Shown here: positions 12,466-22,797 of the stretch, piece by piece
Layout: each line of letters starts with the position of its first letter
Position numbering within the stretch: position 1 is the stretch's first letter
From: Macrostomum lignano
Taxonomy: Eukaryota
Reading direction: 5' to 3'
DNA: 64,000 bases
Assembly: GCA_002269645.1 (NCBI GenBank)
Contig: NIVC01000019.1
Location: forward strand, 186,001-250,000
The notes under the pieces: generated by a model
What the model was told of the DNA's origin: nothing
Database searches by the model: none
The model's input: only the letters and a program-made list of their open reading frames with translations
Program-made: the position numbers and the translations under genes

Positions 12466-15400
12466 ATGGAATTTCTCGGAAAGATCTACAACACCGTTAG
12501 TCAAAATCTGCCTGGCAACCCCATCACAAGAGAATACGATATTCACAAGCAGACTGGCTCGGCTGGCCCCGGCCTGTTCTGGAAAGTCTTCCTGGCAACT
12601 AAAAAGTCCACAAAGCAGGTTGGTTTTGAATAATTCTTCTTTCTAAAAGTTACACACGTGCTCTTTAGTAAGCCGAGTTTGATCTAACTTGCTCAACAGG
12701 AAGCCTCCGTGTGGATGTTTGACAAGAAGTCGCTGGAGCGGTTCAGCAAGCGGGATCGGGAGCTCCTACTGGAAACGGTCAAGCGTGGCGTCTCCAATTT
12801 GACCCGACTGCGGCATCCCAAGATTCTGTCGGTGCGTGTTGGGCGCTGAGGTTGCTAGGGAAACTAACTTACATTCCGTTTTATTTCGAACAATAATCAT
12901 CTGAATTTCTAAAGTGACCTACCATCCTAACCACATGGAACCTTCATTTCATTTTAACGTTTCAATTGAATTCCCTCAAGCGGTAATCATCACTCCCATT
13001 GAAATCCCTGAAGCGGCAATCATCACTCCCATTGAAATCCCTGAAGCGGCAACCATCACTCCTATTGAAATACCTGAAGCGGCGATCATCACTCCCATTG
13101 AAATCCCTGAAGCGGCAATCATCACTCCCATTGAAATCCCTGAAGCGGCAATCATCACTCCCATTGAAATCCCTGAAGCGGCAATCATCACTCCCATTGA
13201 AATCCCTGAAGCGGCAATCATCACTCCCATTGAAATCCCTGAAGCGGCAATCATCACTCCCATTGAAATCCCTGAAGCGGCAATCATCACTCCCATTGAA
13301 ATCCCTGAAGCGGCAATCATCACTCCCATTGAAATCCCTGAAGCGGCAATCATCACTCCCATTGAAATCCCTGAAGCGGCAATTATCACGCTGCCCCTCT
13401 CCCCGAACCCACAGGTGGTCGCCTCACTGGAGGAGTCGCGGGAGAGCCTGGCGTTCGCCACCGAGCCGGCCATTGGCTCTCTGGCCAATCTGCTCGGTTG
13501 CCATGACAACCTGACTAGCGAAGCGGCGTCCAGCCTTGGCGGCTTCGAGCTATTCGACGTAGAAATCAAATACGGCCTGCTGCAGCTTACCGAGGCGCTG
13601 GCGTTTCTGCACCAGTCCGGCAAGCAGCTACACGGCAACTTCTGCCCTGAGAGCATCGTGGTTAACCGGTGCGGCTCCTGGAAGCTGGCTGGCATGGACT
13701 TTTGCCAGTCCAACACGGGCAGCGAGCAGTGCCCGATGTTCGCCTGCCACACCTGGGTGGAGTCCCTGCCGCCGCAGGCCCAGCCTCGGTATGTTTTTTT
13801 TATTTGAAGCTTGATTTTTCCAATGGTCACAAGCGCGCATTTGATAGAATCGCGCCCAGGGTCACAAGCGCGCATTTGATAGAATCGCGCCCAGGGTCAC
13901 AAGCGCGCATTAGATAGAATCGCGCCCAGGGTCACAAGCGCGCATTTGATAGAATCGCGCTCAGGGTCACAAGCGCGCATTAGATAGAATCGCGCCCAGG
14001 GTCGCAAGCGCGCATTTGATAGAATCGCGCTCAGGGTCACAAGCGCTCATTGCATTGGTAGAATTGCGCGCAGTCGCAAGCGCGCACATAGCCTTTTGAT
14101 CAAGGCAAGCTTAACATTCAGTCCCCTCCGTTTATTCCCTGACCTGTTCAGCCTGAACTACCTGGCGCCTGAGGCGGCTCTCAGCCACGAGTGCACCTCG
14201 GCCGCGGACATTTTCTCCCTCGGCCTGCTGTTCTACACCATCTACAACAGGGGCCGGCCGCTCATCGAGTCAGTGGCGGACCTGTCCGGCTACAAGCGCA
14301 GCGTAGCCGCTCTGAAAGGCCTCCGGGTTAGCGCGCTGAGCTGCGTGCCCGAGACAGCGCGGGACGATGTTAAACTGGCGCTGAACTGCGACCCGACCGT
14401 GCGGCCGGACGCCAGCCAGTTCGGACGGATTGTGTTCTTCGAGGACTCCGGCGTCTCGGCGCTGCAGTTCATGGACAACTTGTTCCAGCTGGACAACCTG
14501 GCCAAGTCGCAGTTCTACAAGGGCCTGGCCCAGATCTCCGCTAACCTGCCTATGGTGGGTTTGGGCCGCTGGTTTGATTGGCTGGGGGTCATCAGAGTTG
14601 TTAGCGCCTAAACTAACTGGCTAGCGGATGATGTTCATTGCATCAGGCCATTAATTATTATGGGAAATTCCATGATAATGTAGATAGGTCTCGCCCATGT
14701 TGTACAGCGGCGTGACTTACCTTTTTCGATGTCCTTAGACTTCGAGATCTTAATATTTTTTTTGTATCACAAACAGTATATCAAAGTGAGCATTGATTTC
14801 TAGTTATTGCAGTAGGTATGTTGCCATTGGACTCTCGACAAGAGTCGACAACTCCGGCACGCTCAAGGTCTTCTCTGGGCTCTCTTGCCTCCTCTTTTTC
14901 CTCTCCTCTCATCTTATCTATCTTCTCATCTCCCGTCCTCTCTCCCTCCTCTATCAATATTGCATTTTAACAACCCGCAGAGGGTGAACCTGCTTCGAAT
15001 AATTCCGCAAATATCGGAAGAGTTCGCCAATCCCAACATGATCCCGTTCGTGCTGCCGACTATCCTGCAAATCTCCGAGTCCGCCTCCGAGGCTGAGTTT
15101 AAGGAGCTCATCCTGCCTAAGCTGCTGCCTGTGTTTAAGCTCAGGGAGCCCGTGCAGGTAAGCGTGAGGATCGGCTGAACTTATGAAATTATTTTAATAA
15201 CACCACTATTTTAATCACTTGGTATAAATGCATTCTTATCAAACCGAGAGAACCTATTATGTGCATTCTAGCGCAACCTCCTATGTACATTCTAGCTCAA
15301 CCTCCTATGCACATTCTAGCCCAACCTCCTATGTACATTCTAGCTCAACCTCCTATGCACATTCTTGCCCAACCTCATATGTACATTCTTGCCCAGGCTC

Positions 15401-18197
15401 CTGTGTACATTCTAGCCCAACCTCCTATGTACATTTTAGCCCAACGTCCTATGTACATTATAGCCCAACCTCCTATGTACATTCTAGCCCAACCTCCTAT
15501 GTACATTCTAGCTCAACCTCCTATGTACATTATAGCCCAACCTCCTATGTACATTCTAGCTCAACCTCCTATGTACATTCTAGCCCAACCTCCTATGTAC
15601 ATTCTAGCTCAACCTCCTATGTACATTCTAGCCCAACCTCCTATGCACATTCTAGCCCAACCTCCTATGTACAGTCTAGCCCAACCTCCTATGTACATTC
15701 TAGCCCAAACTTCTATGTACATTTAAATCAACCTCTTACATATGCATGCACATATAAATAGACTTTTGAAGTCCAACAGTAATATACTTTATCAGCTTTT
15801 CATCGGAAATGTCAGTCAGTGCATTATTAATAATGGAGCAGATTTTTTTTAAATCCATAGCATTTAATCATTACAAATTAAAAATGAAAACTGAAGTGTT
15901 AATTTTTACTTAAAATCGGCCCTTTCAGCCATGCCGTGTTGTAAGATGCTTAAAACTGTTACAACGGCTTGATTAATATTGCTTTATTGTTTCTCTTCTT
16001 GACAGGATTTTTACTTTTCGGGCAGTTACGTTAACTTTGAAAATTACATTTTCATATGTTTAACTTAAAAAATGAAGTTTTCGTTTTCCACATACTACTT
16101 ACAGTATGCAGCCTTGTGTAACTCAGCTTTATCTTGCCTGTTTGTTTACAGATCAGCATGATCTGCGTCCAGAACATCAAAATCCTTATCGAGAAATGTC
16201 CCACGGATGATACTAAAAATCACATCTTGCCAATACTGTTTCGCTCGTTAGATCAGGACTTTGTTGAGCTTCAGGTGAGCAAAATGGATTTCCATAATTT
16301 AATCATCATAATTGATAATAACTGAAAACAGCTTTCAAAGTTTTTGAAATATATATTTGAAGTTTTATTTTAGTGATTAGTAAATATTTTTCTATTAATT
16401 TGCTTTCCTTGCTACTTACAAGCTTAAAGTAGTATGTAACGCGAAGGTCGTTCAGAGCGACTAAAATTATTTTCCATAACAATACTAATGGGATTTTTAC
16501 ACGAATGTGCAGGAGCTCTGCCTGGAGACTCTGCCCACGGTGGCTCACATGCTGGACTACAATACTGTGAAGAACTCGGTTGTTAGCAAGCTGAAGACCC
16601 TTATCACTGGCCAGTGTTCGCTCAAGGTAATTTGATTTACTACATCATAAGGAATCGTTTGCCAGACGCGAATTTTTTAACGAATGTAATAACAATCTCT
16701 CCAGATCAAGGTGTCAGCCTTCATGTGCCTGGGCAAGCTGCTGGAGAACATGGACAAGTGGTTCGTGCTAGACGAAGTGCTGCCCATGCTGCAGAAAGTG
16801 CAAAGCCGCGAGCCGGCCATCCTCATGAGCGTACTGGGCATCTACAAGGTGGCCTTCTCGCATCCCAAGCTCGGCATCACCAAGGACATCCTGGCGTCGC
16901 GAGTGCTGCCCCACCTGGTGCCACTAACCGTTGAGGCGTCGCTTAACCTGACTCAGTTCAGCGCCTACATGTCGCTGGTGCAGGAGATGCTCCGCCAGGT
17001 TGAGTCAGAGCAACGGGCCCGGCTGCAGCAGCTCCACGATCTGCAGCAGGAGCAGAAAACTCTGCAGACTAGGGCCGGCGGACAGAGTCAGGTGATTTTA
17101 TGTGACCCTGTCAGTGAAATTCAGTGACCCTTTTAGTGACACATTCAGTGACCCTTTTAGTGACACATTCAGTGACCCTTTTAGTGACACATTCAGTGAC
17201 CCTTTTAGTGACACATTCAGTGACCCTTTTAGTGACACATTCAGTGACCCTTTTAGTGACACATTCAGTGACCCTTTTAGTGACACATTCAGTGACCCTT
17301 TTAGTGACACATTCAGTGACCCTTTTAGTGACACATTCAGTGACCCTTTTAGTGACACATTCAGTGACCCTTTTAGTGACACATTCAGTGACCCTTTTAG
17401 TGACACATTCAGTGACACATTCAGTGACCCTTTTAGTGACACATTCAGTGACCCTGTTAGTGGCATTCAGTGACCCTGTTAGTGGCATTCAGTGACCCTG
17501 TTAGTGACACGTTCGGTGACCTCTTAGTGATGCACTCAGTGAACCTGTTAGTGACACTCAGTGACCCTTTCATCTACGCACTCAGTGACCCTGTTAGCAG
17601 GCCAACCGCAATGCCGAAACCCGCTCCGCAGGCCCTGGTGCCGGCCACCGGCTCAGGCCAGCCCAGCATCATGGACTCGTTCATGTCCGGCCTGGGCCCG
17701 ATGCAGCAGCAGCGAGCAACTAATGGCAGCAGCGGTGGTGGTGGCGGCGGCAGCGGCCGGTTGGCTCTGCCGTCAAATGTCCCGACGACGGCGGCGACTC
17801 CGGCGACACCGCTGAGCCTGGAGGACAAGCGTCGGCTGGCTCGCGAGCAGGAGGCGGTGGACACGATGCGGTCCCACGGGCCGCTGAGGCCGCAGGCCAA
17901 CCAGCAGCAGCAGCAGATGCGAGCAATCGAAGCGCCAAAGGACCTGACTCGGTCATTAATGGAGCGCAACGCCAACTCGCTGATGAGCAGCAGCTCCCAG
18001 CAGCAGCCGCAGCAGCAGCAGCGGGCAATCGGCTGGCACGGCCAGCAGACCGTGGCGCCGCCTTCCGGTCCAGCAGCCGCTCCTCCGTCCTTTCAGATTG
18101 GCGGCGCCACTGCTGGCAATCCGTTTTCTTTCCCGGCACCCCAGCAGCAGCAGCCTCAGCAGCAGTCGCTAAACATGGCTCCCCTTGACAACCTGTT

Positions 18198-18231
<34 letters not shown>

Positions 18232-18399
18232 TTCGTCGGCGGAGCTGCCAGGCCTTCGCTGAACCAGCTGGCATCGTCGTCGTCGACAGCGCCGCCGGGC
18301 TTTGGCGGCGTCCGGCCTCAGTCAGCGATGATGCAGCAGCAGCAGCAGCCTCCGCCTAAGCCGCTGTCCAATCAGGACTTGGCAGACTTGCTAGGCTAG
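12466..18399 (+). CDS. SCYL2: SCY1-like protein 2 (CVAK104) pseudokinase, about 876 aa, 9 exons
   Basis: Exons 12466-12618, 12700-12831, 13415-13788, 14152-14554, 14981-15157, 16152-16274, 16513-16626, 16705-17091, 17632-18399, all GT-AG and frame-consistent (2631 nt). Motifs: GNPITREY, TKKSTKQ, LTRLRHPKIL, LEESRESLAFATEP, YLAPE, FANPNMIPFVLP, CLGKLLENMDKWFVLDEV, C-terminal NPF and DLADLLG. The last acceptor (17632) was chosen by phase. Confidence 0.92.
12976..13390. repeat. 33-bp minisatellite in SCYL2 intron 2 (about 12 copies)
   Basis: Unit CATCACTCCCATTGAAATCCCTGAAGCGGCAAT; explains the spurious IITPIEIPEAA ORFs. Confidence 0.95.
13824..14085. repeat. 35-bp minisatellite in SCYL2 intron 3 (about 6-7 copies)
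   Basis: Unit GGTCACAAGCGCGCATTTGATAGAATCGCGCCCAG. Confidence 0.93.
15259..15725. repeat. 24-bp minisatellite in SCYL2 intron 5 (about 19 copies)
   Basis: Unit TAGCCCAACCTCCTATGTACATTC. Confidence 0.95.
17102..17597. repeat. 24-bp minisatellite in SCYL2 intron 8 (about 15 good copies plus degenerate flanks)
   Basis: Unit CAGTGACCCTTTTAGTGACACATT with a 12-bp subunit; decays toward the acceptor. Confidence 0.95.
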
Positions 18400-19173
18400 C
18401 AACCAACTGTACGAATAAGTATGCGCTAAAGCTGCCGATGTTCTTTTAAATGGGGACCCGTTTTTATTAAACTGCTAATAGGAATCACAAGGGGCAAGTT
18501 AAGCAGAGTTGACTGCGGTTAGCAGCTACACCTTGATAATCCCCAGTGCCAGTCAGTCAATAAATCAGTATCTGTGTTTCCTACTATATTCAATATTATT
18601 AATTGAGTAAATTATTAATAGCTCGTAAAATCGAAATTATTGATTCGAAATTTTATGGATAATTGTTTTTTTTGCTTTGACTATCGCTCCAGCCTATATA
18701 GAATAATTAATAATCGATATGTTTTTATTGTTTTTTCTGCTTTTCCTTTTTTATCTGTGAACACTATATTTTTAATTGCGCTTTGTTTATATTTATTCGG
18801 TTTTACGGGATGTAAAAGTAAATTCTAAAAGTGAAATTGCTTTTGTCCTATTTAGTGAGTGCGAGTGAGTGTGTAAAATGGTAAAATGTAAAAGGGATTT
18901 CAGCCAATCGGGATTTCCGCAAATTGGGATTTCTGTCAATCTCTGGATACAGCCACTCCACTGGTCAGAGATTTCTGTTTTTACCATAGACAGTGGGCCG
19001 TGAAAGCACTAATATGAATAAATGTAGGCTGCTCAGGCAGAATCCTGAGTCTCTGCTCCTTTCAGCCCATCAGCGTTGACACAATTTCCCAATAGACCCA
19101 ATATAATTCCAATTTATCCAAGAAAACTGACAATTCGTTAATAGATTGAGTAATAATAAATTAATAATTGATT

Positions 19174-19458
19174 GCACCTGTCCTAACGGGGCAGATGTGC
19201 AACCGACAGTTCAGCCGCAGCTGTTTGCGCGGCGCATCTGAAGGCTGCGTACGGCTGTTCAGTCCAAGGACTGGGGGGTCGCCACACACAGCCTCAATTA
19301 CCCCAGCTAATGCTGGCGCCCATTTTACAGCTGGGTGAACTGAAGCAATGCAGAGTTAAGTGTCTTGCTCAAGGACACAAGTTGTTCCGACTGGATCGGG
19401 AATCGAACCCCCGACCTTTTAGTCACGAGTCCGACGCTCTGGCCACTAGACTACAACA
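19174..19458 (-). mobile_element. tRNA-derived CORE-SINE
   Basis: Minus strand reads A box TAGTCTAGTGG, B box GGTTCGATTCC, then TGTGTCCTTGAGCAAGACACTTAACTCTGCATTGCTTCAGTTCACCCAGCTGTAAAATGGG, which resembles the MIR/CORE domain; ATT-rich tail near 19150-19170. Confidence 0.75.
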
Positions 19459-20963
19459 GATTGAGCAAAGTATTTTAATCGAATCGCTAGGGTGATGAAG
19501 CTTAGTACAAACTATTATATCACATGTTTAGTCTGTTATGTCATGTTGTTACCATACTACTCATAGGTTGACAAAATTGTTCGATTACACTTAAATATGT
19601 AGTTTTTTGAGCATTATTAATAGCTGTTCTATTTATTTTGTTGTCAAAAGTGCATGTACTTCCGTCTTTAATATAAGCATCAGCTAAATATGAGTCTGAT
19701 GAAAACTGTGCACATAATTGAATAGAGTTTCCATTTATCACACCTGTATTACATGCTAGAGTTTGTTTGCGATTGCACGCCAGATAAGTTTTATGAGCTA
19801 GCAAAGACATTCCACCCATGGGTTCCGCATGGTGCACTGGGCCTGGTACAGCACTTGGTGGTGGAGCTTTATATTTTGAAGGTTTTGCTGCTAAAGATTT
19901 GGATAGAGTTAATTATTTGCATGTTTTAGCTTGGGATTTGTGCTCTTTGGTCCCTAGTTGTTGTTGAGACTTGCCCTGCATTTTGTGTACCTGTGTTGTG
20001 TATCCGCTGTTTCCTTATTAGTACATGCGACTGCTTAAAAATATATATACAGAGTATGAGAGCTCGCGTCTGCCTTTCTATCGTACTCATAATTCCTAAT
20101 TGTGAAATTAATTCGCTTTTTGTCTATTGCAGGCTTCGAGTTTTTGTTAATTGATAAGGACGCCACACTCATAAAATCATTGAAAATTTCGCGTCATTTC
20201 AATATCGAATTTGGCAATTAAATTGACTTCAATTTTGGCAATCCCATAGGCATTATGTTATGTCTATGGCCAACTGTGGCAGAATCAGTTAAGGTGTGCA
20301 TTTAACTTTAGCTAAAGTGAGAACATTTTTGCAACACGGTCATCTTAGCGGCAAACTTTAACAAATAAGAAAGAGAAGTATAGAGCAGCTCCTGATTCAG
20401 TGATCCAAATGTCACTGAAAACCATTTGTGATCAAATGTCACTTAGAGGTTGAATGCTCGTTTTAACTGATTCTGCATTATAGCCCTCCGGAGCGAAAGT
20501 GTTAATATTCACGACCCTTTACCGTGAAGATCGGCCCCTTTTGTGATGCTCAAATGGCAACTCTAGTGCTTGATGAATAACGAAGCTCGTATATCTTGCT
20601 TTGCTTGTTTATTTGGCTTTAGGACTACAATATATTAATATAGACTGGCTGTTGAGGACTGAAATGAACTGCAACGCGCCGAGGCTTTTCAGTTCATTTC
20701 AGTCCGAACAGCCAGTCCATATTACTGTTATGGGTAGGCTGAAGCGCGGACGCACAACGCGGTTTCACGTCCACAGAAACTGTCTATGGTTGAAAAAGCT
20801 TTAGCTATATGCTTCGTGGCGGTTTCGCAGTCCGCGGAGACTGTCTATGGTTGAAACCCAATAGAGTTTGAAGCATTCTTCTCCTGGTGGGTGGGAGAAA
20901 AAATAAGATTTAAACAGCTTTAAGGTTCGGAATTAGCCATGTTTCACTGGGAATCAATATTGC

Positions 20964-21454
20964 TTTTGTCAGCCTAACTGAGAATAAAGCCACCCAAAAT
21001 GAGAATCCTGCCTGCGCTGACTGCGAAGGGCCTGGCTGCGTGCAGCCTTAGTCTATGGGCCATAGACAATAAAGGACAAGCAAAGTGATAAAAAGCCATC
21101 CAATGTGAGAATCGATTGGTCTATGCGTCGTATTCTTTTATTTTTATACCTTCTGAGCCATATGACTAGCCAATAGCTTGAACGGAATAACGGAAACAGG
21201 AACACACTGGATGATGTCTTTTTAAAACTTTGCTTGTCCTTTATAGTCTATGGCTCATAGACTAGGCTGGACGCAGCTAGGCCCTTCGTATTCAGCGTAG
21301 GCAGGATTCTCACATTAAATGGCTTTTTATCACTTTGCTTATCCTTTATAGTCTATGGCCCATAGACTAAGGCTGCACGCAGCCAGGCCCTTCGCAGTCA
21401 GCGTAGGCAGGATTCTCACTTTGGATGGCTTTATTCTCAGTTAGGCTGACAAAA
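20964..21454. mobile_element. Foldback element with about 150-bp inverted arms and an internal 105-bp tandem duplication
   Basis: About 20964-21115 is the reverse complement of about 21303-21454; GTCTATGG-N-CATAGAC near-palindromes at 21051, 21246, 21351; no TSD found. Confidence 0.7.
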
Positions 21455-21750
21455 CCTATACTAGACGAAGATATTAGCGGTTTAGAAATGAATGATATTG
21501 AGTTTCTGCAGCAACTTGGACATCGTGATCCTGGTGAAGAAGTTAGTCAGTGGACCGGTGTGACCGTAAGACAGCAGGAGTTGATTGACGCAGAATTGTC
21601 CAATCCAAGCATTCTGAATAATGCCGAGCTTCTGCGGGAACTGACGGAAGAAGAGGAAGCTGCTGTGCAAGACGTCGAAGAGGCTGCCAAACGCAAATCG
21701 ACCACGGATCAAACCGCTCTCCATGTGAAGCGCTTCAAAAAATATCTGGT
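21455..21750 (+). pseudogene. Crypton/DUF3504-like N-terminal fragment (tentative)
   Basis: RELTEEEEAAVQDVEEAAKRKSTTDQTALHVKRFKKYL resembles, from memory of the family, the region preceding the tyrosine recombinase domain of CryptonA/KCTD1/ZMYM-type proteins (acidic helix, K.T..QT..AV..F..(W/Y)L). A possible GT donor follows YL. Confidence 0.4.
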
Positions 21751-22093
21751 ATTGAGATTCAAAAAACTATTGAGGTAACTATTAATGAACTCTCCAGCCA
21801 CATATCATTTTGAGCTTCCAAGCGTTATTTACTGAATTATTTCGTTTACTTCGTGTTTCATTCCTGTTGTGTTTGGTCTTGTGTTTGTTGGCAGTGAAAT
21901 ATACAGTGGCTATAAGTGATGAATTGAATATAATTGAAATATGCTTCAACCATAGACAGTGACGGCGGACAAATGTAGAGCGTTTCAATCGCGTTTCAAC
22001 CCAGGCAGCCTACCCATAATTAGTGATAGCGGGGCTTGTAACCAGATAATAAAGCTAGGACTCTTATATATTAGGAAGGGATGAGGGAGGCGG

Positions 22094-22797
22094 CATTTGG
22101 GCGCAGCGGCCATAGACTATTGCACGAGCGTATGTCATGTCTCCCTCCAGAAGGAAAGAGTTTAACTATGTCTCCGAACAATGTAAACTTTATGTTAGGA
22201 ACTCAACAGATTACTTGATAACTATTTCATTTTGGTCACTCGTAATGTGTAGCTAATGCATTTGGGCGCAGCGGCCATAGACTATTGCACGAGCGTATGT
22301 CATGTCTCCCTCCAGAAGGAAAGAGTTTAACTATGTCTCCGAACAATGTAAACTTTATGTTAGGAACTCAACAGATTACTTGATAACTATTTCATTTTGG
22401 TCACTCGTAATGTGTAGCTAATGCATTTGGGCGCAGCGGCCATAGACTAATGCACGAGCGTATGTCATGTCTCCCTCCAGAAGGAAAGAGTTTAACTATG
22501 TCTCCGAACAATGTAAACTTTATGTTAGGAACTCAACAGATTACTTGATAACTATTTCATTTTGGTCACTCGTAATGTGTAGCTAATGCATTTGGGCGCA
22601 GCGGCCATAGACTAATGCACGAGCGTATGTCATGTCTCCCTCCAGAAGGAAAGAGTTTAACTATGTCTCCGAACAATGTAAACTTTATGTTAGGAACTCA
22701 ACAGATTACTTGATAACTATTTCATTTTGGTCACTCGTAATGTGTAGCTAATGCATTTGGGCGCAGCGGCCATAGACTAATGCACGAGCGTATGTCA
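22094..22797. repeat. 165-bp tandem repeat, about 4.3 near-identical copies
   Basis: Unit starts CATTTGGGCGCAGCGGCCATAGACT at 22094, 22259, 22424, 22589, 22754. Confidence 0.95.

Noticed and set aside
12914-17495. Long repetitive ORFs (IITPIEIPEAA, ILAQPPMY, SDPFSDTF and their antisense frames)
   Set aside because: They are translations of intronic minisatellites; the SCYL2 exons splice around them in frame.
17598-17601. AG acceptors at 17597/17600 for the last SCYL2 exon
   Set aside because: With the phase-0 donor at 17092 they lead to an early stop; 17632 keeps the frame.
19395-19458. tRNA gene on the - strand
   Set aside because: A and B boxes are present but there is no proper acceptor stem, and it continues into a CORE domain, so it is a SINE head.
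22094-22797. Regular direct repeats as a possible CRISPR array (also 43459-43715, 61075-61800)
   Set aside because: No unique spacers, head-to-tail tandem units, no cas genes, eukaryotic context.
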